From Octopus vulgaris (lineage: Eukaryota): a DNA stretch of 64,000 nt. The translations under genes and the position numbers were made by a program. The stretch is from positions 15,872,001-15,936,000 of the forward strand of contig OX597828.1 in NCBI GenBank assembly GCA_951406725.2, in the 5' to 3' direction. Of this stretch, positions 42,955-55,514 are shown piece by piece (the first letter of the stretch is position 1; each line of letters starts with the position of its first letter). Under the pieces are notes generated by a model. The model saw only the letters and a list, made by a program, of their open reading frames with translations. It ran no database searches and had not been told where the DNA came from.

Positions 42955-43145
42955 TGGAGGCACAGTGGCCCAGTGGTTAGGACAGCGGACTCGCGATCGT
43001 ATGAAGGCGGTTTCGATTCCCAGACCGGGCATAGTGAGTGTTTATTGAGCAAAAACACCCAAGCTCCACGAGGCTCCGGCGGGTAGGTGGGTGGTGGTGA
43101 ACCCCGCTGTACTCTTTCACCACAACTTTCTCTCACTCTTTCTTC
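42955..43145 (+). mobile_element. tRNA-derived SINE family C (5' part)
   Basis: TGGAGGCACAGTGGCCCAGTGGTTAGG...GGTTTCGATTCCC A/B boxes. Confidence 0.75.
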
Positions 43146-43604
43146 GTACTTCTGCCACAAAGCAGAGGAACCATCGTGTAACCCACTATGGTATGGTAAA
43201 ACTTCAGACCCTAGTCTAGATTGCGAATGCTCTGTACCCCAAGATGGTTCAGTTCTCCACCCATTAAAAGCCACCGTTTACGGAATGAGGATAACAACGT
43301 AGCTTTTGCGCCCGTGCAACCGCCAGTCTATCGCGTGTGGCGGGTGGATCTTCAAGTTGCCACACGCATTCTTAGTAGCTTAGAGAAGGCTCGAATTAAA
43401 GATTATTCTTTGTGGCTAATGGCGTGAGTCCTGATTGGAAGAAGAGGAAGTAGAAGAAGAAGAAGAAAAAGAAGACAACAACGAAGACTCCTCTGCGTAG
43501 TCGTTTAGTGTGGTAGAAATAGCAGCCAAATCTCTTTCAGATTTTTACCAACTGCTTTTGTTTCAGTTAATCTTAAAAACGAAGGCCTTTGTAAAATATC
43601 TTAT

Positions 43605-44073
43605 ACTCTTTTACTCTTTTACTTGTTTCAGTCATTTGACTGCGGCCATGCTAGAGCACCGTCTTTAGTCGAGCAAATCGACCCCAGGACTTATTCTTTG
43701 TAAGCCTAGTACTTATTCTATCGGTCTCTTTTGCCGAAACGTTAAGTTACGGGGACGTAAACACACCAGAATCGGTTGTCAAGCGATGTTAGGGGGAAAA
43801 ACAGACACAGAAACATATGTACACACACGCATACATATAAATATATATATATATATACGACGGGCTTCTTTCAGTTTCCGTCTGCCAAATCCACTCACAA
43901 GGCTTTGGTCGGCCCGAGGCTATATTAGAAGATATTTGCCCAAGGTGCCACGCAGTGGGACTGAACCCGGAACCATGTGGTTGATAAGCAAGCTACTTAC
44001 CACACAGCCACCCCTGCTCCTATATATACACACACACACATATATATATATACTGTGTATACTCTGTGTGTGC

Positions 44074-44140
<67 letters not shown>

Positions 44141-44336
44141 GTATGTGGGCGTTTGTGTCTTTCCGCCAACTTGGCAACATGTTGGTTTATCTACGTCCTC
44201 CTAACTTAGCGGTTCGGCGAAAGAGACCGCTGTATCAAATACCAGACATTCAAGAGTATATACTGGGGCCGATTAGTTCGGCTAAACCATTCAAGGCCCG
44301 TGCAAGCTACTTACCACACAGCCACCCCTACGCCTA
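43605..44336 (-). mobile_element. SINE family A carrying an extra ~290-bp segment and a duplicated head
   Basis: GCAAGCTACTTACCACACAGCCACCCCT occurs near 43988 and again near 44302. Confidence 0.7.
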
Positions 44337-44579
44337 TAATAATAAAGCTGGTATTTGTGAAATAAATTTACATGAATTTTTAATGAAAGGTTTTAATTTA
44401 AACGAAGTAGTTAGTTAGAAAATCACTATAAGAGATTAAAGCAGTAGCTATACTCAGAAATAATGTTTATCGCCGCTTCAATATGGCTGTTTCATAGGAA
44501 CCGACGTTACTACAGTTTTTAACCGTAAAAGGAGCCTCCTCCGGCTGGTTATCGATGCAATCTTCACCTGATATATATT

Positions 44580-45186
44580 CTATTCTCCTCTCGGCACAAG
44601 GCCCGAAATGTGTTTTGGTGGGGGGTGGACGGAGCCAGTCGATTAGATCGACCCCAATACGCAACTCGTACTTAATTCATCGATCCCGAAAGGATAAAAG
44701 GCGAAGTCGACCTCGGAGAAAATTGAACTCAGAACGTAGCGGCAGACGAAATACCCATTTCTATTTCTTTACTACCCACAAGGGGCTAAACACAGAGGGG
44801 ACAAACAAGGACATACCAACGGATTAAGTCGATTACATCGACCCCAGTGCGTAACTGGTACTTAATTTAATCGACCCCGAAAGGATGAAAGGCAAAGTCG
44901 ACCTCGGCGGAATTTGAACTCAGAACGTAGCGGCAGACGAAATACCTATTTCTATTTCTTTACTACCCACAAGGGGCTAAACACAGAGGGGACAAACAAG
45001 GACAGACAAACGGATTGAGTCGATTACATCGACCCCAGTGCGTAACTGGTACTTATTTAATCGACCCCGAAAGGATGAAAGGCAAAGTCGACCTCGGCGG
45101 AATTTGAACTCAGAACGTAGCGGCAGACGAAATACCCCTAAGTATTTCGCCCAGCATGCTAACGATTCTGCCAGCTCGCCGCCTTG
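44580..45186 (-). mobile_element. SINE family B trimer with a 15-bp TSD
   Basis: CACCTGATATATATT at 44565-44579 and CACCCGATATATATT at 45187-45201. Confidence 0.85.
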
Positions 45187-46198
45187 CACCCGATATATAT
45201 TACAAGCAGTTTTCATTTAATTCCCTTTAAAACGCATGCGTACCATAGAAACAGGGGTGGCTTCGGATGGGTTGCTATAAAAATAGAATATAAAAGTATG
45301 TTACCTTAAATGTTTTCTCCCATTTGAAGTTTAGGACACACTGAAGGACATTAGAACGTCACTATTTTAAAATCTCACAACGAGAGATATTCAGCAACAG
45401 CACTTTGGAGTAAAGATTTTTGCCAACATAACATAGCAGTCCTGGTTTAGGATGATGTCACCTGGGGCTAAATTATACCAACATTCGTCCTAAACCGAGA
45501 CTGCCATGCTATGTTGGCAAAAATCTTTACTCCAACGTACGGACATTATTTTCCAGCACAACAGAAACTTTGAGTTAAATTTTACGTACTCCTTATTCAA
45601 TATTTAGTTATATAGCCCTTTTGTGTGCAATGAAGAAATAAATATTTAGTTATATAAACCTATGAAAACAGTTGAAATAAAAGACCAAACCTTATTTCCT
45701 TTACTAATCTTGGTGTAGAAAGTCGTGACGAGAAGAGAAAAAATATAGAGTAACAGCTGTGAGAATCTATTGACTATAGTTTGATTGTCTGAAATAAGAC
45801 GTTGATCAAATCAATAATAGATCGACTTGAGGTAAGAATGGTATTGTTTGGCTACAACTTACTTCAGACATTCTTTTGTTATGTCCAGCGAAATAAAATA
45901 AATGATGAACTCGTTCTCTTCGTAAAACAAAAGGTTTACATTTTAATGTAAATACTAAAATATAAAAGTTATAAAAATTCCAGCCAACAAAAATAATATT
46001 GAAAGTAGACGAGTGGAAAGTGAGTGGCCTAGTGGTCAGGGTGTGGCGCTCAAGATCGTAAGGTCGTGGTTTCGACTCCAGGACCGAGCGTTGCGTTGTG
46101 TTGTGTTGTGTTGTGGAGCAAAAACACTTCAGTTTATGTTCGTTCATTTGTAAATAGGTCCCATCCAGTTAACCCTGAGACAGACCAGAGTACCCTTT

Positions 46199-46233
<35 letters not shown>

Positions 46234-46835
46234 GGTGGGGGTTGTGGTGGAGGTTGTGGTGGGGTAAGTGTTGCATTCTCAGTCATTTATGTGTCATGGG
46301 AAACCTGTTTAAATTTCGGCTTTTTGGGTCCCAGGGCATACGATAGTCCAAATAAATAAATAAATAAATAAAATAAAAATACAAAAATGAAATAAGACAA
46401 AAGTAGACTAATAGGCGTAGGTGTGGCTGTTTGATAAGAAGCTTGTTTCCCAATCACATCGTTCTGGGTTCAGTCCCACTGCATCGTACCTTGTGCAGTT
46501 TTACTATAGCCTCGGGATAACCAAAGCCTTGGATTTGGTAGACGGAAACTGAAACGCATGTGTGTCTTACTGTCTGTGTTTGTCTTCCAAACACTGCTTG
46601 ACAACCGGTGTTGGTGTGTTTACGTCCCCGTAACTTAGCGATTCAGCAAAAATGACCGATAGGCTTTACAAAAGAAGTACTGGGGTCGATACATTCGACT
46701 GAAAATTCTTCAAGGCGGTGCCCCAGCATGACCGCAGTCTATTGATTGGAGCAAATAATAAAATAAAAGATATATTAAGGGTCCATTTCGTTAATTTAAA
46801 TCGATATTCAAGAGAGAATTTGAGTTGAAAGTTAG

Positions 46836-48330
46836 ACAATATTGCTCACCTTCACTGTCTGCATGGACCCAATTTAATCCTATTTCTTCATCAGAGTTTT
46901 ATTTTCCAAAGCAGCCCAATTTACTCGAGCTTCAGAGAGCTCTCCTGTCTTTACACTTTAAACCATGAAACGCTGGGATTTGCACTTACATAGCATGGGC
47001 TGTTGAGCACATTTTATGAAAATGAGACTATCATGCACATATAAAAAAACAAAAAAAATATAGTTAAAATATCTTCTTAGTATTTAATGGTAGCAAGTTT
47101 TACATCATCTGAAAAGTCATTAGTTGAACTGTTAGTCCTCTTGCATTCTGGGTGGGTGGGTAGGTATGGGAGCCTTTGAGTGACATTAGACCCTAACAAA
47201 CACCCATAAATTAAATGCATCTATCTGGGCCACGACCATGGCCGTCGACCCGTGCCTGACGGTCACGATCGTAGTCTGTCGCGCTCTCTCTGTTAATCCA
47301 CTCATCAGTGAACACATGTGTTTGGCTTATACCAGATTTATAATTGAGATTGGCCCAAACTTCAGAAGTAGCTGAGATATTACTTGACATACACACGGTC
47401 CGTTGTGTCTTGGTCCTGTCTACACCCGAAACAACAGTAGGTGGTTGATAATTAATACTAACCTTTAAACCAGCTGGGCACCGAACTACAAGCTGAAGTG
47501 ATTTCTTGGTATTTATTACTGCTATATCACCATTAACACCTTATTGAAAGAATGTAACTAAATTTTATACACATTGTTGACTTGCTGGTAAAAGAGAGAG
47601 AGAAGCAGATAGACAGAGTACTAAGTTAAGTTAAGTTAAGTTAAATTAATTTTTTGGCTCAAAAAGCAAAAAGCAAGGCCATGTAGGGGGACATGGAGTT
47701 ATGTACAGGGAGGGTGTTCATGCAAAGAGTTCAGGCCATTTCTGGTCAAGAGAGACTTTGAACCGAGCGGTCGTCCGGCAGCTTATTCCACGGATCCGCA
47801 ACCCGGACGGAGAAAGCCCCTCTCCTTCGATTGAGGTGAAATCGTCGCAGTACTAATTCAGGGGAGAGAATCGCTTCTAAGTTTCTTTTTTTCCTCATGT
47901 TGAGAAATCATTATCAAAGAGTGAAAAGACCATACATTAAGTTCATATAATCCTTCAGTGTTTCCATATTTATGTTTCAGGACACATGAAAAGGTTATAA
48001 GGATATTATCTTATAGCACAACGGCAGATATTTTGTATCAAATTCAACATTCGACCGATCCATCCATCCAGCTATCCATTTTTACCACCAACTATTCCCG
48101 AAGGGTCGTGATGGTAGGATCTACAGGCACCTCTTCTATTTCTATACGAAAAGGGTTCAAAGGCATTACCATCTAGCATCTTCCGTTGCACGGGTTAATA
48201 AGGGACGCGTTCGGACCCCTGGTAGAATGGTCTGTTCAGAAAATATATCGCAGTCTCCATCCAATGTTGGTACAACCAACAATAAGCCTGAAACTTATTC
48301 TGTGAGGCGTGGTTTGGGAGCACAAAGGAT
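46836..48330 (-). pseudogene. TUBA: Decayed alpha-tubulin pseudogene
   Basis: 47540-47290 translates [68 protein letters not shown] (cf. [68 protein letters not shown]). 46957-46836 gives GELSEARVNWAALENK..DEEIG..SEGEQY (cf. [21 protein letters not shown]...GEEY). About 48035-47940 gives ISAVVL*DNILITFSCVLKH..TEGLYEL (cf. [28 protein letters not shown]). A weaker N-terminal trace lies near 48100-48300. Stops, frameshifts and a LINE insertion are present. Confidence 0.85.
47625..47848 (-). mobile_element. CR1-type LINE 3' fragment inserted in the tubulin pseudogene
   Basis: Translates RRGAFSVRVADPWNKLPD, with a (TAACT)n tail and TSD AGTACTAA at 47617-47624 and 47849-47856. Confidence 0.8.
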
Positions 48331-49009
48331 ACATGATCCAGGACCCCGAAGTGAGTCTAGGAGGGAGCAACTGTTAGTTCTACATATCTTTTATTTCAAA
48401 TACAGTTACGTAAACCAATGAAAGAAGATGAAGCAAAATCCAGGCCTTACGTCTTTCAAGCATTCATAACGTAGAAAGACGTGGGTAGAAGTAAAAAAAA
48501 CAACAAAAAAACCCAAAACAAAACACGAAGAAATTTGTAACAGCTGTGAGAATCCATTGATAACATTCAACGTGATTGTCTGGGACATGACATTGGTCAA
48601 ATCATCACAGACCGATTGATGTGACAATCACGGTGCTCCAATACGATTCCAGACATTGTTCTGTGCTGCTAAATAAAATTAAGTGCTTAAAATTACTTCT
48701 TTTTATAAAAACATTTTTACATTTGAGTGTTATTGCTAAATAAACAAATTATGAAAACACAATACAATGACAAGAAAAGGAGAAAAAGAAAAAAAAAGGA
48801 AAAAAAAAAGAAAGAAAAGAAAGAGAATTGAATTATATGATTCTACAACAGCTGTTGAAATTTGAGTGGCTGGATAAAATAGAAAATTCTAGAATAGCCA
48901 TCTTTCTTTAGTAAACAGTTAGCAACACCATTTAAAGCGATGTAAACTGAGAAACTGTTCCATCACCGAAACCATAGGAAAGGAGAAACACTTGCAGATT
49001 TGAACATTG

Positions 49010-49227
49010 CGGGGGTGTGCTGAAAAGTTCCTGGCTTCAAGGGTATCCCAAAAGGCCTGGCTGGAGGCCCAACCTTCCGAGTTCTTTTACAAGGTTTAGG
49101 AAAACTGAAGGACGGCTGTAATAGGTGTGTGAATCTGAGAGGGGAATATGTTGAATAAAATCATAATTAAGAGATCCTTCTGTATTTTCTTTTACTCAAA
49201 GCCAGGAACTTTTCAGTACCTCTCGTA
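49010..49227 (+). mobile_element. Mariner-derived MITE (other copies near 55807-56025 and 58264-58485)
   Basis: TIRs GTGCTGAAAAGTTCCTGGCTT / AAGCCAGGAACTTTTCAGTAC. The internal sequence reads KLKDGCNRCVNLRGEYVE*, a mariner transposase C-terminus. Confidence 0.8.
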
Positions 49228-49956
49228 GTTACGTAAATAACCCCTTCACATCCTACAGAGCATAGACCACCGGGGACATCTCTTCGCTATTATTGACTCA
49301 GGACTGTTTTTTCCCTGAAGGGTGGCCTTCCTCTCCTAGGTCTTGTTGGTATTGGTGCTTCTGTAAGGGCGTCCCCCACTCCCCACTGCACAAACTCAAA
49401 TTTACATCTAGGAAGAGGGGATCGACATTAACCTGGCCTTTATATTTTGATTTTTTGCCTTTTATTTTTTACTTGTTGCAGTCATTTGACTTCGGCCAAG
49501 CTGGGGCGCCGCATTGAAGAATTTTAGACGAACGAATCGACCCCTCTACTTTTCAAAAAACCCTGCTACTTATTCTATCAGTTTCTTTTGCAGAGCAGCT
49601 AAGTTACGGGGACGTAAACACACATACACACACACACACACACGACGGGCTTCTTTCCGTTTACCAAATCTACTCACAAAGCTTTTTCCAAGGTACCACG
49701 CAATGGGACTAAATTCGATGCCATGTAGTTGTGAATCAAACTTCTTACCGCACAGCCACGCAACATTGGAAGTGTCCAAGCTGTATTGTGCGATTTAACA
49801 TTTCAAACCTCCCGGAGACCCTACCTAGATTTTGCAGCCTGCTGGTATGACTCTCAGGATCATTGAAGCATACAAGCCACCACAATACAGCAAGGATTGG
49901 ACTTTGTGGCGGACACTAGAACATTGCTCTATCAATTACCATATCCTGTTAATACT

Positions 49957-50479
49957 ACTAGGCAGAGAGGCAATGGTCAGCATGAGCAGGGTCTGGAAGA
50001 GTAGAGACATCAGACTCGGTACCAAATGCAGATTGGTGAATGCAATTGTCTTCCCAATAGCAACATATGGATGCGAGACCTGGACACTAAAGAAAGCTAA
50101 CCAGAAGAGAATTAATGCATTCGAGCTTTGGTGTTGGAGAAGACTTTTACGGATTCCATGGACAGCGAGGCTCACCAACGGAGAAGTTCTTAAGCAGATA
50201 AGGCCGAAAATGTCGCTAGAAGCTAGGATCACCAAGCATAGATTGGCATATTTCGGTCATATTATGCGGAGAAAATCCCTGGAGAAGGACATCATGCTCG
50301 GAATGGTCAGTGGCAAGAGAAGAAGAGGCCGACCAAGAACCCGCTGGCTTGACATCATCAAGAGTGATACCGGAATGGACATAGCCAGTCTGAAAGAAGC
50401 GGCCCAGGATAGAACTGACTGGAGGACACTGATCCAACGAGTGACCGAGAGTCGACTTCGACTGAGCGGTTAGAAGAAG
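49957..50479 (+). mobile_element. RTE-clade LINE, 5'-truncated, with the ORF C-terminus still open
   Basis: TKCRLVNAIVFPIATYGCETWTL...FELWCWRRLLRIPWT...RLAYFGHIMRR...GKRRRGRPRTRWLD. It has a short GAA tail, and GTTAATA occurs on both sides. Confidence 0.92.
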
Positions 50480-50859
50480 TTAATATTCAGGTTAATCTCA
50501 ATCTCGGTGTAGTTATTTGCGTTGTCTTCTTTATCTGTGAGGAGCTGGCCGGAGTGGAATAGTTCTCTGAATGTTTAATGAAAAGGTCTTATGATGATTA
50601 CTTCATAGATGGGGGTTGGATGTGACCGTCCAAGTGGATACGGTGTAAAAAAATTTTCATTCTAGACTCCGCTGAACAAGGGATTAAAAAAATTTTAGAG
50701 TCTTATGTGGAATTCCATAGTTTGCGAGTTCAATCCTAGCTCAAGTATAGTTATACCGACATATGATGAAGGGCATCCTCTTTTTGCCCATTCCATTTTT
50801 CCCTTCAGACCATTGTGGTCCGAGCGATCAGTTTGGTTCAATTAAACTGTTTTTCAAAT

Positions 50860-52975
50860 ATTGGTTTCAAATTCTGGCACAAGACCAGTAATCTGGGGGA
50901 TGGGGATTAAAGGCGATTACACCGACTCCAGTACACAACTGGTACTTATTTTATCGACTCCGATAAGATGAACAGCAAAGTCGCCTTCGGCGGAATTTGA
51001 ATTCAGAACTTAAAAACGGACGAAGTTCCGCTAAGCGTATTGTCCGATGTGTTAACAATTTTGGCGGCTCGCTGCTTTGTGTCATTCCAGTATTGATATC
51101 AAATTTTGGCACAAGGGTAGCAGGTTCGGGAAGGGGGAAAATCGATTACATCGATCCCAGTACTCAACTAGAACTTATTTTATCGACCCTGAAATGATAA
51201 AAGACCAAGTTGACCTCGGCGAAATTTGAACTCAGAACGTAAACACGAACCAAATGCTGCTAAGCATTTTGTCCGACGTGCTAACAATTTCGCCAGCTCG
51301 CTGACTTATGTCTTTCAAGTATTAATATCTAGCACTATCATAAAAGCGGCGAGCTGGCAGAAACTTTAGCACGCCGAGCGTAATGCTTAGCGGTATTTTG
51401 TCTGCCGTTATTCCCCCCGTGTACGTCATTTTTACCTTTTCAGCAAGCACCAGATCGGGAAATACGAACGTAACTTTGTTGAGATTTGAATATAGGATGT
51501 AAAAGTAAGTTAGTAAATATAGAAAGGTCCCACAACTTCTGATAGCGATTGTACTTGATATTGGTTTTAAATCTTGGTTCAAGGCTAGCAATTTCTTGGG
51601 AGGAGCCAAGTCGATTACATCGACTCCATTGCTCAGCTACTACTTACTTTATAGAGTACAAAAGGATGAAAGGAAAAGTCGACCCCGGTGGCATTTGAAC
51701 CTAGAGCGTAAATATGGACGAAATTCCGCTAAAGCATTTCGCCCGGCGTGCTAACGATTCTGCCAGCTTGCCACCTTAACTGCGCTTGATATTCCTTTCT
51801 ACTGTAGGCACAAGGCCTGAAATTTTTGGGGAGTGGGGAAGTCGATTATATCGACCCCATTACGCAACTCGTACTTAATTTATCGACCCCGAAAGGATGA
51901 AAGGCAAAATCGACCTCGGTGGAATTTGAACTCAGAACGTAAAGACAGACGAAATACCCAATTCTTTACTACCCACAAGGGGCTAAACACAGAGAGGACA
52001 AACAAGGACAGACAAACGGATTAAATCGATTATATCGATCCCAGTGCGTAACTGGTACTTATTTAATCGACCCCGAAAGGATGAAAGGCAAAGTCGACCT
52101 CGGCGGAATTTGAACTCAGAATGTAGCGGCAGACGAAATACCTATTTTTTTACTATCCACAACGGGATAAACACAGAGAGGACAAACAAGGACAGACAAA
52201 CGGATTAAGTCGATTATATCGATCCCAGTGCGTAACTGGTACTTATTTAATCGACCCCGAAAGGATGAAAGGCAAAGTCGACCTCGGCGGAATTTGAACT
52301 CAGAATGTAGCGGCAGACGAAATACCTATTTTTTTACTATCCACAACGGGATAAACACAGAGAGGACAAACAAGGACAGACAAACGGATTAAGTCGATTA
52401 CATCGACCCCAGTGCGTAACTGGTACTTATTTAATCGACCCCGAAAGGATGAAAGGCAAAGTCGACCTCGGCGGAATTTGAACTCAGAATGTAGCGGCAG
52501 ACGAAATACCTATTTTTTTACTATCCACAACGGGATAAACACAGAGAGGACAAACAAGGACAGACAAACGGATTAAGTCGATTACATCGACCCCAGTGCG
52601 TAACTGGTACGAAATTTATCGACCCCGAAAGGATGAAAGGCAAAGTCGACCTCGGCGGAATTTGAACTCAGAACGTAGCGGCAGACGAAATACCGCTAAG
52701 CATTTCGCCCAACGTGCTAACGTTTCTGCCAGCTCGCCGCCTTGACTGCACTTGATATTCCTTTCTATTGTAGGCACAAGGCCTGAAATTTTTTGGGGAG
52801 GAGCTAAGTTGATTACATCAACCCCAGTGTTTCACTGGTGCTTAATTTATGAACATCGAAACGATGAAAGGCAAAGTCGAACCCGGTGGCATTTGAACTC
52901 AGAACATGAGACAGACAAAATACCGCTAAAGCAGTTCGCCCGGCGTGCTAACGATCCTGCCAGCTTGTCGCCTTG
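50860..52975 (-). mobile_element. SINE family B pile-up, including a five-unit array at a 184-bp period (about 51795-52745)
   Basis: ATGAAAGGCAAA recurs at 51897, 52081, 52265, 52449 and 52633. Confidence 0.85.
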
Positions 52976-53486
52976 ACTACGCTTGATATTAATATAAAAA
53001 GAAAAGACGCAGACAATTATTAAGGAATCGGATCAAATTACGTTTTAGGAGGAAGTAAAAATAATTGCAGGATGTAATGTTTCACCTTTTACTCGTTCCA
53101 CTCACTGGCTGTGGCCATGCTGGGGCATCCTCTCGAAGAGTTTAGTCGAGCAAATTAATTTCAGAATTTATTTGAACTTTGGTGCTTATTCTATGGGTCT
53201 GTTTTGCTAGACAGCTAGAGTTACAGGGACGTAAACAAACCAGAACCGGTTGTCAAACAGTGATTGAGAGGAAGTGAGGTATAAACATACACACATATAC
53301 TCTTATACTCTTATATTTGTTTCAGTCATTTTGACTGTGGCCACGCTGGAGCACCGCCTTTAGTTGAGCAAATTGACCCCAGGACTTATTCTTTGTAAGC
53401 CTAGTACTCATTCTATCGGTCTCTTTTGCCGAAACACACCAGCATCGTTTGCCAGGTGATGTTGGGGGGACAAACACAGACACACA

Positions 53487-53525
<39 letters not shown>

Positions 53526-54219
53526 GACGGGCTTCTTTCAGTTTCCGTCTACCAAATTTGGTCTGCCCGAGGCTATAGTAGAAGACACTTGCCGAAGGTG
53601 CCACGCAGTGGAACTGAACCCGGAACCATGTGGTTGGTAATTGGTAAGCAAGCTACTTACCACACAGCCACGAAGGGCTTCCATCTAGTTTCCGCTCATC
53701 AAATTTAATCGGAAGGCACTGATCGACCCGGGGCTTTAGTAGAAGACATTTACCCAAGGTGCCGGCTGCGCTCAGAGTCATGTGATTGCCAAGTGAGCTT
53801 TTTCACCACGCAGCCATGCTTGTTCTGAGTTTTCCCGGTTGTATTATCAACAAACTAAAAAAAAAAAAAAAATAGAAATTACTTCACTTGGAGATTAAAT
53901 TCATTTCATATTCTCAACACGCTCCTCTTTTATCAAGAATATTTTAACAGAATGAATGAAATTCACTTTTAAAAATTAACTCTGTTGAAATGAAGCTTTC
54001 GCGGGAGTTGTTATTTTAATTGAAATTTGAGAAGTGCTGAAAGATGTTAAATTTTGTAAGTTAAAAGAAGATTCTACATTAACTGAAAATCGTAAAGCTT
54101 GCTTCTTTAACTACTTGGTTCCTGGTTCAGTCCCATTGCGTGGCATCTGTCTGTCTGTCTGTCTCTGTCTGTCTGTCTATCTCTGTCTGTCTGTCTGTCT
54201 GTCTCTGACTGTCTGTATA

Positions 54220-54253
<34 letters not shown>

Positions 54254-54579
54254 ACACACACAAATTGTCTGATTGCTCAATTAGTGACTTCGATTACTAT
54301 ATCCTTCAAGTTTGATGGGGCTCTTAATATTGATCCCGAATGAGTTCCTGACTTACACAGCATCCTATCCTCAGACCTAGTGGCTAGTGGCAACATATTA
54401 CTTTTTCCCTATCCGGTACTCCGTCAGTTACGACGACGAGTTTTCCAGTTGGCCCGATCAACGGAACAGCCTGCTCGTGAAATTAACGTGCAAGTGGCAG
54501 AGCACTCCACAGACACGCTTAACCTTAGCGTAGTTCTCAGGGAGATTCAGCGTGACACAGATTGTCCCTCCTTGTACTA

Positions 54580-55500
54580 AATAAGTTGAAATCTGAGAGC
54601 GCCAGATCTGTGCTGTTCGGTTGACGATGGACAAACCGCCGACAGAAAAATGTGCGGTCATTCAGTGGCATGGAGAATGTTAACCGACACTAGCTTCTTG
54701 TTCGGTCTCATCCTCCGAATGGCCTCTCTAACTCTTTTATGTATTTCAATGTACCGCTCGCTGTTCATGGCGCAACCACGTTCCAGGAAATCAAAAAGAA
54801 GGATATCCTTGTCATTCTCAAAACCAGTTGCCAGAATTTTCTGGACCAATTGCTCTTTCTTGAATGTCTTAAGCCATGGAGAAGAGGTGTGGAACCATTT
54901 CAAGGACTAAGCTTTCGTATCAGAATCATAAAGATATATCTACGTTTCAACCCTTCTTACCAGATTGGTGACGGAACATTCTTCCATAAGGCGGCGAGCT
55001 GGCAGAAACGTTAGCACGCCGGGCGAAATGCTGAGCGGCATTTCGTCTGCCGTTACGTTCTGAGTTCAAATTCCACCGAGGTCGACTTTGCCCTTCATTC
55101 TTTCGGTGTCGATTAAATAAGTACCAGTTACGCACTGGGGTCGATGTAATCGACTTAATCCGTTTGTCTTTCCTTGTTTGTCCCCTCTGTGTTTATCCCC
55201 TTGTGGGTAGTAAAGAAATAGGTATTTCGTCTGTCTTTATGTTCTGAGTTGAAATTCCACCGAGGTCGATTTTGCCTTTCATCCTTTCGGGGTCGATAAA
55301 TTAAGTGCCAGTTACGCACTGAGGTCGATGTAATCGACTTAATCCCTTTGTCTTTGTTTGTCCCCTTGTGGGCAATAAAGAAATAAGAACATTCTTCCAT
55401 AGGCTTCAGATGTTTCCAGTAGATTAAAGCAGACTTCCACTCTTCCCGAGATCGCGAATCGAACTCCTCAACCATTTAACGATGTCTACGTCCAATTTTC
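54580..55500 (-). mobile_element. Mariner transposase remnant interrupted by a SINE B dimer (54989-55386)
   Basis: WFHTSSPWLKTFKK...KILATGF...ILLFDFLERGCAMNSERY...IRRMRP resembles the mariner catalytic domain. The SINE has a perfect 15-bp TSD, GAACATTCTTCCATA, at 54974-54988 and 55387-55401. Confidence 0.8.
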
Positions 55501-55514
55501 TTATATAGATACAG

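Noticed and set aside
42955-43030. Possible tRNA gene
   Set aside because: The tRNA-like A/B boxes continue into a SINE body shared with other copies, and there is no clean cloverleaf. The same applies to the other SINE heads.
47295-47310. CTGATGA on the minus strand as a hammerhead or C-box
   Set aside because: No downstream GAAA or stems, and it lies in tubulin-derived sequence.
49832-49956. N-terminal part of the 213-aa ORF as a gene start
   Set aside because: RTE homology begins near 49957, so the upstream part is chance read-through of flanking DNA.
51795-52745. CRISPR-like regular array
   Set aside because: Whole units are near identical with no unique spacers. It is a SINE multimer in a eukaryotic genome.
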